NCBI GenBank assembly: GCA_963662585.1 | Contig: OY759729.1 | Coordinates: 3,008,001-3,072,000 of the forward strand | Source: Candidatus Cloacimonadales bacterium | GTDB taxonomy: Bacteria; Cloacimonadota; Cloacimonadia; Cloacimonadales; JAFGVF01 | Reading direction: 5' to 3' | DNA: 64,000 nt | In this document: positions 27,944 to 37,704 of the stretch, piece after piece | Layout of the letters: each line of letters starts with the position of its first letter | Position numbering within the stretch: the first letter of the stretch is position 1 | Program-made: the position numbers and the translations under genes | The notes under the pieces: model-generated | Database searches by the model: none | Told to the model about the DNA's origin: nothing | Seen by the model: the letters and a program-made list of their open reading frames with translations, nothing else

Positions 27944-27975
27944 TCTTAACTGGGAATGTGGGCATCCCTGCCCGC
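27944..27975. repeat. CTGGGA-tagged REP-like unit
   Basis: tcttaactgggaatgtgggcatccctgcccgc. Same tcttaactgggaa head as the 52251 units (reverse strand). Stem gtgggca/tgcccgc. Confidence 0.65.
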
Positions 27976-28003
27976 TATCATTGTGCAAACAATGATATTT
28001 CTT
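27976..28003 (+). terminator. Possible weak terminator after gltX
   Basis: tatcattgt-gcaa-acaatgata followed by tttctt; AT-rich stem. Confidence 0.35.
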
Positions 28004-28199
28004 AAATCCAAAGGGATGTTATTCATCGGCAAGAGGTGTAACCCTGTAAGGGGTCAATAGAGAAAATAATAATTGCAAAAAACAGTCAAATTCTTTAGTG
28101 TAAGATCATAATATTGTGGTTTATGAAAATGAGTAGTGAATATGGAAACAGTATTGCATTACAGGTTATTAATAAAAATTACGAATTAGGAGATAATAG

Positions 28200-28805
28200 A
28201 TGAATTATGTCAAAAAGTTAGAAGGCGATAAGGTGATTTTCTCACCAACAGAGTTATCAGAAGCTAGGAAATATATGGCTTGGTATAATGATTTTGAGAT
28301 TGGTTTCTTTACAGGTACTCAGGATTCACTCCTTACTGAAGAAGATGAAATTGCTTCTTTAAAGAAACTATCAAAAGAAGGATATTTATTCACTATTTTA
28401 GATAAAGATACAAAAACTCCAATAGGAAATTGTGGTATTCATCAAATTAACTGGGTTAATAGAACAGCTGAAATTGGTATAAGCATTGGTAACAAGAGTT
28501 ACTGGAATAAAGGTTTTGGAACTGAATCTACGACCCTTTTATTAGCTTTTGCTTTCCATATTCTAAATCTAAACAATGTTATGCTCCGAGTTTTAGAGTG
28601 TAATCCCCGAGCTATTCATATCTACGAAAAACTTGGTTTTACTCAGATAGGAAGAAGAAGAGAAGTCGTTACTGTAGCGAATGAAAATTTTGATATGCTT
28701 TATTATGATATTTTAAATAGTGATTTTAAATCAAACATAATCAAAGACTTAACTACTAAATATAAAAGTGCTGATAAAGATCTTAATAAAATCTCTTTAA
28801 TGTAG
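28200..28805 (+). CDS. GNAT N-acetyltransferase, RimJ/RimL family
   Basis: IGNCGIHQINWVNRTAEIGISIG, YWNKGFGTE, NPRAIHIYEKLGF. Confidence 0.9.
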   Translation: MNYVKKLEGDKVIFSPTELSEARKYMAWYNDFEIGFFTGTQDSLLTEEDEIASLKKLSKEGYLFTILDKDTKTPIGNCGIHQINWVNRTAEIGISIGNKSYWNKGFGTESTTLLLAFAFHILNLNNVMLRVLECNPRAIHIYEKLGFTQIGRRREVVTVANENFDMLYYDILNSDFKSNIIKDLTTKYKSADKDLNKISLM

Positions 28806-28813
28806 AGGTAAAT

Positions 28814-29923
28814 TTGATAAATAAAATCAAAGGTCAAGATAAAGTTATTGCCTCTTTGATTCGCTCTATTAATAATGATAAAGTAGGGCAGAGTTACTTA
28901 TTTTACGGACCTACAGGGGTTGGTAAATTAACTACTGCCTTCTATTTTGTCATGGCAATCAATTGCACTAGTTTAGAAGAGGGAACTCCCTGTGGGAAGT
29001 GTAATTCTTGCAGGAAATTTATGAGTCTTTCTCATCCTGATTTAATCTATCTATTTCCAACCCCTAACCTGAAACTTTCAGAGGATGGTGAAATTAAAGA
29101 TTCTAAATATCAAAAAGAATACGAGTCTTATCTTCAACAAAAAATTGAGACTCCCTGGAATGATTTTGTCTTTTCAGCTTCTTCAGAAATTAGAATAGGT
29201 GCTATTAGGTGGGTTCAAAATAGATTGAGTCTTTCCAAGAATGAAGCAGAGAAAAGAATTTGTATTATTGAAGATGCCGATAGAATGAATATTAATACGG
29301 CTAATGCCTTTTTGAAGACTTTAGAAGAACCTCCTGAGGATACAGTAATCATTCTAACAAGCTCTAAACCCAACTTTCTTCTGCCGACTATACTCTCGAG
29401 ATGCCAAAGAGTTGCTTTTAATAATTTATCAAACTCTACAGTAGAAAATATTCTTCTTGATAATTTTAACTTAGATATTGTTAAAGCAAAAACATATTCC
29501 AGGATATCTTATGGTAATGCTGAGAAGGCAATTCAATTAATGTCTGAAGATACTGATAGTGGTAGAAATATTGCCCTAAAACTTATTACACTTGCCTTAG
29601 ATAAGAATGACCTTGACTTTTTAAAGTATCAAAATCAGCTTAAAGAAGTTAAACAAAAAAAGATCTTGCAAAGTATTCATGCCAATATAGTTCTTTTTTT
29701 AATGGATATTATCTATAGGAGAGAAAATTCAGAGCTAGTTATTAATGTTGACTCATTTGATCTTTTAGAAAAAATAGAGGATAAAAAATTAGTATCTTCT
29801 TTAGAGATATACCAACTTATTGATGAGTCTAGAGAGCTCCAAAGAATGATAGAATTAAATGTTAACAACAACCTAATTGTAACTTTTCTTTATAATAAGC
29901 TAAAAAAAATACTAAATAACTAA
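28814..29923 (+). CDS. holB: DNA polymerase III subunit delta-prime
   Basis: YLFYGPTGVGK, zinc module C...PCGKCNSC, HPD, ANAFLKTLEEPP, TILSRCQ; lacks an intact DExH Walker B. Confidence 0.9.
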   Translation: MINKIKGQDKVIASLIRSINNDKVGQSYLFYGPTGVGKLTTAFYFVMAINCTSLEEGTPCGKCNSCRKFMSLSHPDLIYLFPTPNLKLSEDGEIKDSKYQKEYESYLQQKIETPWNDFVFSASSEIRIGAIRWVQNRLSLSKNEAEKRICIIEDADRMNINTANAFLKTLEEPPEDTVIILTSSKPNFLLPTILSRCQRVAFNNLSNSTVENILLDNFNLDIVKAKTYSRISYGNAEKAIQLMSEDTDSGRNIALKLITLALDKNDLDFLKYQNQLKEVKQKKILQSIHANIVLFLMDIIYRRENSELVINVDSFDLLEKIEDKKLVSSLEIYQLIDESRELQRMIELNVNNNLIVTFLYNKLKKILNN

Positions 29924-30063
29924 AAATATTTTCATAAAAATAGGATAAATACTATATATTAGTAAAGTAATGTCTAACAATAATATATGAAAACAGGAAA
30001 GCTTAAAAAATATCTTAAAAATAGCCTTAAGTTATTAAATATCAAAAAAATAGAAAAAAAAAT

Positions 30064-30092
30064 TTGACAGAATTTTACAAAGACTCTATTTT
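30064..30092 (+). promoter_or_regulatory. Putative sigma70 promoter of the HU gene
   Basis: TTGACA-17 nt-TATTTT; GGAGG RBS before ATG 30132. Confidence 0.5.
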
Positions 30093-30131
30093 TGTTATTG
30101 TATTCGTAAAAAATAACTCTCGGGAGGAAAA

Positions 30132-30404
30132 ATGACAAGAGACGAATTAATTGGAAAAATTGCTGAACAAATCAAATGTAGCAAAAAACAAGCTGCTGAA
30201 ATGGTTAATGCTTTCTTAGATCAAATTCTAGAAGCTTTAGCTGAAGGAAAGAAAGTATCTTTCGTAGGATTCGGAACTTTCGAAGTAAAACAGAGAGATG
30301 AAAGAAAAGGTATTAACCCACAAACTAAAAAAGCAATTACAATACCTGCACGCAAAGTTCCTGTGTTCAAAGCTGGAAAAAAATTAAAAGACGCAGTTAA
30401 GTAA
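30132..30404 (+). CDS. hup: DNA-binding protein HU
   Basis: 90 aa; GFGTF, RKGINPQT, PVFKAGKKLKDAV. Confidence 0.97.
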   Translation: MTRDELIGKIAEQIKCSKKQAAEMVNAFLDQILEALAEGKKVSFVGFGTFEVKQRDERKGINPQTKKAITIPARKVPVFKAGKKLKDAVK

Positions 30405-30428
30405 TTTAATATCTTTAACAAATTTAGT

Positions 30429-30461
30429 AAGAGAGTATCTTGTGGTACTCTCTTTTTTTTT
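30429..30461 (+). terminator. Intrinsic terminator of hup
   Basis: agagagtatc-ttgt-ggtactctct followed by a long T run. Confidence 0.85.
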
Positions 30462-30537
30462 CTTAAATTTATAGTTTTTATTGACATCAAATGTTATTCC
30501 TATATATATGTTAATAAATAAACTTATTGGATGGATT

Positions 30538-31455
30538 ATGAGTAATAAAATTAAATATATATTGATAGTATTGGTTCTTTTAGGATATTTCGTTAAACTT
30601 AATGCAAATAATTCTCATTTAATTACTAAAGTTGAGCATATGATTGAAACTGATGATACTTACTACATCACTAATTTTATAGAATCTAATAAGGAATACA
30701 GAAGTCTTGGTTCTTTTTATGAAGAGTTATTAGACTCCCTAGCTGTAAGAAATAATGATTTAGAGTATTATGTAATTTTCGCTAGAGCAGGTGCTAATTC
30801 CCTCTTAAGAAAAGCTGAGGAATTACAGTATAGTAATCGAAGTATGTCTGATAATCTGAAGAAAAGCTCAACAAGAATTTTGAATAAAGCAATTAAAGCT
30901 ATTTATAATGAATGGCTAGAAAAAGAAAATGAAGGTAGCTTCTTACTTAAGAATGCCTTAGATATGATGAAATTAAGTTTTAGGATTAACACCCAGTTAG
31001 AAAATGACTTAGTTGAACATTATTTTAGCTATATCAATTATGGAGAGATGTATCTAGCTCTAAATGATTTTAGCTCTGCCTTGGAGTATTTTAGAGTTGC
31101 AAAGGATCTATCTTCACAATTGGAAACTCAAGAGTATGCTGATATAGCAGATGTTTATGTTAATCTTGCCGAAAGTAATAGTAGCTTAGTTGCTGATGGT
31201 ACAATCTTTGACTATGCTAATTTTATTAATATTTATCAGAAATACTTGCAAAATTATGATGCCTATAGGAATTATGTCTTGAAAAAAGCTAATCCTGATA
31301 TTATCGATGAAGATTCTAATGATATTTCCACTAAGAAAATGGATGCTTTAAATATTTCTTTAAAAGAATCTCAACAATGGGCAATTAGATTAAAAAAGCT
31401 CAATGATAGAATCTTTGGTGATTATAATTTTGTTAAGGTTAATAGAAGGTTCTAG
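30538..31455 (+). CDS. Exported hypothetical protein with a TPR-like segment
   Basis: Signal peptide from MSNKIKYILIV. SYINYGEMYLALNDFSSALEYFRVA is TPR-like. The track start TTG 30481 coincides with a TTGACA -35 box. Confidence 0.6.
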   Translation: MSNKIKYILIVLVLLGYFVKLNANNSHLITKVEHMIETDDTYYITNFIESNKEYRSLGSFYEELLDSLAVRNNDLEYYVIFARAGANSLLRKAEELQYSNRSMSDNLKKSSTRILNKAIKAIYNEWLEKENEGSFLLKNALDMMKLSFRINTQLENDLVEHYFSYINYGEMYLALNDFSSALEYFRVAKDLSSQLETQEYADIADVYVNLAESNSSLVADGTIFDYANFINIYQKYLQNYDAYRNYVLKKANPDIIDEDSNDISTKKMDALNISLKESQQWAIRLKKLNDRIFGDYNFVKVNRRF

Positions 31456-31457
31456 AT

Positions 31458-32465
31458 ATGATAGAATCTATAATTATCAAAAATAAAAAAGTTAAGCTTA
31501 TAGATCAGACTCTTCTTCCCCAAGAAGAGAAATATATAGACATTCCTGACTATAGAAGTATGATTGAAGCTATTAAGAAGCTTAGAATTAGAGGTGCACC
31601 CGCAATTGGTGTTGCTGGACTAGTAGCTTCAGCTTTAGCGTTAGAAGAGTATAAAGATGATCCTGATTTTAAAAGTAGATTTGAGCTAGCTCTTGATGAA
31701 ATTGAGCAAGCAAGACCAACAGCCGTTAATTTATCTTATGCTATAAGTATTGTCAGAAATTATATCAAGAATAGTGACTTTTGGGAATTTCCAGATTCTC
31801 TCTGGGAAAAGGCAGAAGAGTTGGCTAATAAGGAAAGAATAGCTTGTGACCTAATGGCAGAAAATGGGGTAAAAGAAATATACCATGGGCAGTCAGAAAT
31901 TAGAATCTTAACCCACTGTAATACAGGAAGTCTAGCTACTTACGGACAAGGAACAGCTTTAAGTGTAATCAAGGCTTTAGCAAAAAAGACAAAAGTTATT
32001 GTTTGGACTGATGAAACAAGACCTCTGCTTCAGGGTGCGAGATTGACTGTCTGGGAGCTTTTAAAAGAAGGGATTGAATGTTATCTCATTTCCGACTCAA
32101 TGGCCGCTCATACTATTAAAACAAAAGAAATTGATATGATTATTACCGGAGCAGATAGAATAACTCAGAATGGTGATTCTGCTAATAAAATTGGTACACT
32201 TAATTTATCAATATTAGCTCAATATTATAATATTCCTTTCTATATTGTTGCTCCAACTTCCACAATAGATAAGTCTTTAGTCGAAGGTAAGCAAATTGTT
32301 ATTGAAGAAAGGGATAGTTCGGAATTAAAATATATTAAAGGTGTTCAAATTGCCCCGCTAACCTGTGAAGTTTTTAATCCTGCCTTTGATGTAGTAGATA
32401 ATCAAAATATCACTGCCATTATTACCGATGAAGGAGTATATAAAAAGCCTTATGATTTCAGGTAA
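31458..32465 (+). CDS. mtnA: S-methyl-5-thioribose-1-phosphate isomerase
   Basis: IDQTLLP, IRGAPAIG, RPTAVNL, THCNTGSLAT, ETRPLLQGARLT, ANKIGT, NPAFD. Confidence 0.95.
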   Translation: MIESIIIKNKKVKLIDQTLLPQEEKYIDIPDYRSMIEAIKKLRIRGAPAIGVAGLVASALALEEYKDDPDFKSRFELALDEIEQARPTAVNLSYAISIVRNYIKNSDFWEFPDSLWEKAEELANKERIACDLMAENGVKEIYHGQSEIRILTHCNTGSLATYGQGTALSVIKALAKKTKVIVWTDETRPLLQGARLTVWELLKEGIECYLISDSMAAHTIKTKEIDMIITGADRITQNGDSANKIGTLNLSILAQYYNIPFYIVAPTSTIDKSLVEGKQIVIEERDSSELKYIKGVQIAPLTCEVFNPAFDVVDNQNITAIITDEGVYKKPYDFR

Positions 32466-33219
32466 AGATGACCAAAATATTCATAAATTAGTCCATTTAT
32501 TACTAAGCTCCAAGCACACAATAGCTTTTACAGGTGCAGGAATCTCAGTAGCCAGTGGAATACCCTCCTTTCGAGGTAAAGATGGAATTTGGTCTAAATA
32601 TGACCCCAATATTTTAGAATTATCAAACTATTATTCTAAACCAGAATCATGCTGGAAATTTATCAAAGAGATTTTTTACGAGAATCTTCAAGGTGTGCAG
32701 CCCAATGCAGGACATTATGCTCTTACTAGTTTGCAGCAAAAGGGGTTGATTGCTAGTATATACACCCAAAATATTGATAATCTGCATCAAGAATCAGGAT
32801 CTAAAAATGTTTATGAATTTCATGGTAACACTCAATATTTTATCTGCCGTAAGTGCAAGAGGAAATATTCTCTGACAGAGATTTCTTTTGATGGTGAATA
32901 TCCCAAGTGTCCAGATTGTTCAGCTTTAGTTAAACCTGATTTTATCTTCTTTTCAGAAGAGTTACCTCGGGATGTTTTAGAAAAAGCTTACTCTGAGGCA
33001 GAAGTTGCTGAGTTAATTTTAGTTATTGGTTGTTCAGGAGAAGTTTATCCTGCTAATCAAATACCGAATTATGTAAAGTGGGCTGGGGGTAAGGTTGTGG
33101 AAATAAATCCACAAAAATCACTTTATACTGCTACTATAAGTGATTTCAGAATTGCAGGTCAGTCTCAAGATGTTTTACAAAAAATAGTCGATACAGTGAA
33201 GGAAATAAGGGAGAAATAA
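32428..33219 (+). CDS. cobB: Sir2-family NAD-dependent protein deacylase
   Basis: TGAGISVASGIPSFRG, TQNIDNLH, EFHGN, CRKC...CPDC, VYPA, EINP. True start may be ATG 32452. Confidence 0.9.
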   Translation: MKEYIKSLMISGKDDQNIHKLVHLLLSSKHTIAFTGAGISVASGIPSFRGKDGIWSKYDPNILELSNYYSKPESCWKFIKEIFYENLQGVQPNAGHYALTSLQQKGLIASIYTQNIDNLHQESGSKNVYEFHGNTQYFICRKCKRKYSLTEISFDGEYPKCPDCSALVKPDFIFFSEELPRDVLEKAYSEAEVAELILVIGCSGEVYPANQIPNYVKWAGGKVVEINPQKSLYTATISDFRIAGQSQDVLQKIVDTVKEIREK

Positions 33220-33220
33220 G

Positions 33221-34285
33221 GTGAAAAATAAAGTAATTCTTCTCTTTATGTTATTGCAAGTTCTTATTCTGACTAGTTCAGAAATTGAAATATTAAAGCA
33301 AAGATTTGAGAATATTAGTGGAAATTATTCTAATGAGACAATATCCTTAGAATTTAAAATAATAGATGAAGTATTATGTGATAGTATCGTAGTTTATAGA
33401 AATTATAATCCGATTGAGATACCAGTAGATCTGTATAAATTACCTATTAGTAGATTTGTTGTATATGCCTCAAATTCATTTGAAGACAAGAAGTTGGCTG
33501 ATAATATAGATTATTATTATCTAGCAGTAGGTTATTTTAATGGAGAAGCTTGGGCTATTAGTGATAATTTAATGATTAGCGTGCCTAATGTAGATTTAGA
33601 GATTGCAGACCTATCATATAAAGATATTCATCTTGAAGTTAATAAGAGAGATTATTACTTACAAATAGTAGCTAACAAATCAAAAATCCTAAAAAAATAT
33701 CCTTTAGTTATGGGGGAAAATCCTTTTGCCAGGAAAGTCATCAGAGATAGAGTATCTAGTCCTGAAGGAATTTATGAAATTGTCTATATTCTAAAGAATG
33801 CGACAAACTATAAAGCTCTAGATATTAATTATCCCAATACAATTGATAGAGTTCGTTATGAATTAGCCAAGGATTTAGAATTAATTCCTCAGAAAGAGGC
33901 TATAGGTGGAGATATTCAAATCCATGGCATGGGGATTAATACAAACTGGACTTTAGGTAGTTTTGCTCTTAGGAACAGTGATGTTGATGAGATTATAGAC
34001 TCAAGTCTCATAAGACCAGGGAGTAAAGTTATTATAACAGGATATGAAATAACTCCTGAAGATATCTCATACCTTGATAGATTCTGGACTAAAGGAGAGA
34101 TTAAAATTATCCAAAATAAATTACAAGCTCAAGGTTATGAAATAGCTTCTGATGGTGTATTAGGTCCTAATAGCCGTAAAGTTTTAGGTAAATTTCAATA
34201 TGAAAATGGGTTAAAAATTACCTGTGAATTAGATCGTAAAACCTGCCAGAAAATTGGATATATTCCTTACGATGTCAAACCTTAA
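33221..34285 (+). CDS. Exported YkuD / L,D-transpeptidase-family protein with C-terminal peptidoglycan-binding domain; catalytic Cys position is Ser
   Basis: Signal peptide; KKYPLVMG, SPEGIY, INYPNTID, GGDIQIHG...WTLGSFALRN; PG-binding IQNKLQAQGY...DGVLGPNSRKVLGKFQ. Confidence 0.8.
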   Translation: MKNKVILLFMLLQVLILTSSEIEILKQRFENISGNYSNETISLEFKIIDEVLCDSIVVYRNYNPIEIPVDLYKLPISRFVVYASNSFEDKKLADNIDYYYLAVGYFNGEAWAISDNLMISVPNVDLEIADLSYKDIHLEVNKRDYYLQIVANKSKILKKYPLVMGENPFARKVIRDRVSSPEGIYEIVYILKNATNYKALDINYPNTIDRVRYELAKDLELIPQKEAIGGDIQIHGMGINTNWTLGSFALRNSDVDEIIDSSLIRPGSKVIITGYEITPEDISYLDRFWTKGEIKIIQNKLQAQGYEIASDGVLGPNSRKVLGKFQYENGLKITCELDRKTCQKIGYIPYDVKP

Positions 34286-34326
34286 AGAATATAACAAGTC
34301 TATGGCTAATTCTATCTTTAATACTC

Positions 34327-34686
34327 ATGAACACCCCCAAGTATGAGAGTATGAGACATCACATGAAAGGATTTATACAGGGACTTCTGTTTATTCTAAT
34401 TATTATTTTAATAATAGTGTTTTTCCAAATAATTGGCTATATAGACAAAAGTGTAATGGGAAACAATTATCAAGCTAGCGATGAGAGTGATATCGAGTAT
34501 TGGAGTGAAGATATCGAGCGTTCTGATGGAATTAGAGAGGGAAAAGAGAGAACAAAAGAAAATCCTCTATCTGAACAAAGGCGTAAAGATTTTGGTTCAA
34601 AATCATTAAATGAGAAAGATAGGGATAAATTAGAAACAGAGAAAAAAGAAAAAGCTAATAAAGCTCATGATTATCTTAAGAAATAA
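34327..34686 (+). CDS. Hypothetical protein with one N-terminal TM helix and a charged tail
   Basis: Hydrophobic FIQGLLFILIIILIIVFF, then E/K/D-rich. Fills the gap up to convergent holA; start may be ATG 34363. Confidence 0.6.
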   Translation: MNTPKYESMRHHMKGFIQGLLFILIIILIIVFFQIIGYIDKSVMGNNYQASDESDIEYWSEDIERSDGIREGKERTKENPLSEQRRKDFGSKSLNEKDRDKLETEKKEKANKAHDYLKK

Positions 34687-35689
34687 TATCGACTACTAAT
34701 TTAGTAAGCAGTAGATTAACCTCTAAATCAGTAGATTTTAACTTATAATCACTCTGTAATAATAAATCAAAGATATAATTCATTTTTATTTTACCATAAT
34801 TATTGGCAAAAGAAATATAATCTCTTCTAAAACTTGTGTGAACTTCATTTAAATAATTAGATTGAATCTCGGAAATTGATAAACCACTAACTTGGAGATA
34901 TTTTATTCTCCAGATAATTTGGAAGAATCTAGTCAACATAACTATTAAGAGAATTGAATTCTTACCATCTTCAGCATCTAAGTAGTTGTGCAGGATTGTA
35001 AGTGCATTTTTTTTATCTCGTCTTCCTATTGCATTTTGAAGCTCAAAGATAGAACTAGCTCTATTATTATCCATACAATTTTCAATATCTTGGACAGTAA
35101 TAACTTTTCTATCGCCAATAAAAATTAGAATCTTCTCTAGTTCATTGTAGGCAGTGTAATAATCTGCTTCAATTTTAGAGGAGAAGAGAGAAACAGCTTC
35201 TCTGGATGATTTAATTCTTAGTCTTCTTAATTCAGCATTAAGCCATTTTTCAATTTCCCAATATCCAGCTGGAGGAGTGGCACTTATAGTAATATACTTA
35301 TCAAAAGCTTTGAAAATCTTAGTGCTTTTCTTGATACTTTCGCAATGTACAATTAGGATTGAGGTCGAGGGAATATTATGAATATATTCAGCAATTTTAG
35401 TTTTATCTCTTTCTTTTAACTGTTCAAAATCTCTTACAACAACAACTTTATTCTCTGCTAAAAAGGGGAACATATCCAATTGTTCAATAATATTTTCACT
35501 GTTGATATCTTCACCAAAGAGATTTACCAAATCAAATTCTTTACTTTCAGGAGAGGTAAACTTAGTAATTAATTGTTTAATGATTTTATCTGATAGGAAA
35601 TGATCTTCCCCGTGAATAAAATAGATACTACTCAATTGGTGGCTATTAATAATATCTAGAAACTGGGCTGCGTTGTATCTATTACTCAT
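34676..35689 (-). CDS. holA: DNA polymerase III subunit delta
   Basis: IYFIHGED, FPFLAENKVVVV, NELEKILIF, SIFEL, DYKLKST; size about 340 aa. Confidence 0.88.
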   Translation of the reverse strand: MSNRYNAAQFLDIINSHQLSSIYFIHGEDHFLSDKIIKQLITKFTSPESKEFDLVNLFGEDINSENIIEQLDMFPFLAENKVVVVRDFEQLKERDKTKIAEYIHNIPSTSILIVHCESIKKSTKIFKAFDKYITISATPPAGYWEIEKWLNAELRRLRIKSSREAVSLFSSKIEADYYTAYNELEKILIFIGDRKVITVQDIENCMDNNRASSIFELQNAIGRRDKKNALTILHNYLDAEDGKNSILLIVMLTRFFQIIWRIKYLQVSGLSISEIQSNYLNEVHTSFRRDYISFANNYGKIKMNYIFDLLLQSDYKLKSTDLEVNLLLTKLVVDIIS

Positions 35690-35703
35690 CTTTCTTCATT
35701 CAA

Positions 35704-36510
35704 TTAAAATATTATAAAATAGAGTGAGACTAGTGAAATTGTCCAGCAGTAGTAAGAAAAGTACTTTAATTTCCTCTTTTGAATTAAGTTAATTAAAAGG
35801 GCAATAACAATGAATCCAGAGATAAATGCGGCGATTGCACCAGCAGAGTATCTTATTAAAGTTGCAGTATCGATTGGTCCCATATCCATAAAATCTATTA
35901 AAGCTGCACCAAGTATGGCTGGAATGCTCAATAAGAAGGAGAATCTTGCAGCATCTTCTCTTTTCATCTTACTAAACAATGCAAAGGCAATGGTAGTTCC
36001 TGAGCGGGAAATTCCTGGTATAATAGCTAAAGCTTGTCCGATTCCGATAAATAGTGCTTTCCCCCAACCTAGGTTGTAATCTTCAAAGTTACCACTAGGT
36101 AATTTATCAGAAATATAGAGAATTAATCCTGTTACCGCAAGTGCTAGCGAAACAGCAATTGGAAGGTTATAAAGGGCTTCGAATTTACTTTTAAATGCAA
36201 TACCAATAACTGCAGTAGCAATTGTTGCAATTAATAGATAAGCTAAAATCTTGAGATTATTAACATCCTGATAACTCTTCTTTGAAGAGAATATCTTGGT
36301 TGCCGATTGTAATAGAGAAATAATATCTTTAAAGAAAAAGATCAAAACCGCAAGTAAAGAACCGAGGTGAACAACAACTTCAAAGCTAATTCCAGAATCT
36401 TTAATACCCAAGAAATATTGGGCTAAAACTAAGTGACCTGAGCTTGATACTGGTAAAAATTCGGTAAATCCTTGGATGATTCCTAAAACTATCGATTCAA
36501 TTAGTGACAT
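35704..36510 (-). CDS. uppP: Undecaprenyl-diphosphate phosphatase
   Basis: QGFTEFLPVSSSGHL, PGISRSGTT, ARFSFLLSIP. Confidence 0.96.
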   Translation of the reverse strand: MSLIESIVLGIIQGFTEFLPVSSSGHLVLAQYFLGIKDSGISFEVVVHLGSLLAVLIFFFKDIISLLQSATKIFSSKKSYQDVNNLKILAYLLIATIATAVIGIAFKSKFEALYNLPIAVSLALAVTGLILYISDKLPSGNFEDYNLGWGKALFIGIGQALAIIPGISRSGTTIAFALFSKMKREDAARFSFLLSIPAILGAALIDFMDMGPIDTATLIRYSAGAIAAFISGFIVIALLINLIQKRKLKYFSYYCWTISLVSLYFIIF

Positions 36511-36522
36511 ATATTTTTCCTC

Positions 36523-37701
36523 TTAATCTATTTTCGGTAAATCTGTATTTAACAAATCAGAAACATAAACTATTCTAAAATGTTTTCTGTCAATCAAAGA
36601 AATTAATTTTCTTAATCTTGAAACATCTGCTTCACTATTAAAGGCTAATATTAAAAGCGGGTTACTATTTTTGGTTAGATATTTCGAAAAATTCTCATTA
36701 GTTACTTGATTATAGGAGAGAGCCCAAGTGGAAAGAAGTTGATTTCGTAAGGCTAATTCAAAGCCTTTTGATTTACTAGTAGTCATAGCATCGATATAAT
36801 AGAGATTATATTCTGCACAGTAATCAATTATGTACTGCATAAAATCAGCTTCGGAGGAAGCAAAATCCCCCCAATAGTGGGTGAGACCTTTTACTGATTT
36901 AATATTGCTTCGTAAGTTATGTATCTCTGTCCAAATCTGCTGTTTGTCGATAGGATTTTGAACTTTAATTGCATTTAATTGGTAATATGATTGGCGATTT
37001 GGATATGATTCTAGGGGAATAGTCAACATCGTTTCAATCTCTTTAGAAGCAGCTAAGCTACTAAGAGTATCACTGTAAAGTCCATCGCCAATGAAGGATA
37101 AAGTAATATTATTCTTCTTTATTAAATCTAAATTATCTATTATAATTTCTTTATTATCACCTAGTTCGGTGAGTATAACTGATATTTCCTGTAGCTGTTC
37201 TAAATCTGAATAAGGTCCCTTATCATAGACTAATCTGATAGTATATTCAATTGATTCATCACGATTCCTGAAGGTTAGTTTATGACCAACTAAGTAATTC
37301 TTCCAGTTAGCAAAGAATATCCCATCGACTAATTTCCCACCTGCTTTAGTTAACTCCTGTTTAAGAATCATATTAGCGTAAGTGAGGTCAACTGTTTCTC
37401 GATTTAGTAAGAATCTTAAATAAATCTCTCGTGGCTTATTGGTGGATTTATCTTCATATCTAATAACATTTGTATAAATATTTGATGAATATCTTTTATT
37501 ATTCTCATCATAAGGGATTTTCAGAGCATAAGCAACATCATAAATGACTTTTTCTAAGGAATCTATTTTGGTATCATACCAGGGGTGATAGTCATAACTA
37601 GTAGAATCTACAGCAGTAGCTTGTGAAATAATCTCAATTTTATCAGCAGAACCGCATCCTGACATAAATATGGTAATGAGAAAAAGTGAGAATAATAACA
37701 T
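36523..37701 (-). CDS. Lipoprotein with a C-terminal divergent polysaccharide deacetylase (YibQ-like) domain, motifs degenerate
   Basis: Lipobox-like FMSGC. ETMLTIPLES, KGLTHYWG and YYIDAMTT resemble the family LHLPMEP, GxNNHMGS and FxDSxT motifs. Confidence 0.55.
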   Translation of the reverse strand: MLLFSLFLITIFMSGCGSADKIEIISQATAVDSTSYDYHPWYDTKIDSLEKVIYDVAYALKIPYDENNKRYSSNIYTNVIRYEDKSTNKPREIYLRFLLNRETVDLTYANMILKQELTKAGGKLVDGIFFANWKNYLVGHKLTFRNRDESIEYTIRLVYDKGPYSDLEQLQEISVILTELGDNKEIIIDNLDLIKKNNITLSFIGDGLYSDTLSSLAASKEIETMLTIPLESYPNRQSYYQLNAIKVQNPIDKQQIWTEIHNLRSNIKSVKGLTHYWGDFASSEADFMQYIIDYCAEYNLYYIDAMTTSKSKGFELALRNQLLSTWALSYNQVTNENFSKYLTKNSNPLLILAFNSEADVSRLRKLISLIDRKHFRIVYVSDLLNTDLPKID

Positions 37702-37704
37702 TAA

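Noticed and set aside
32428..33219. Sir2-type anti-phage effector (Thoeris/DSR)
   Set aside because: Stand-alone sirtuin of about 255 aa with zinc ribbon in a housekeeping operon; typical deacylase.
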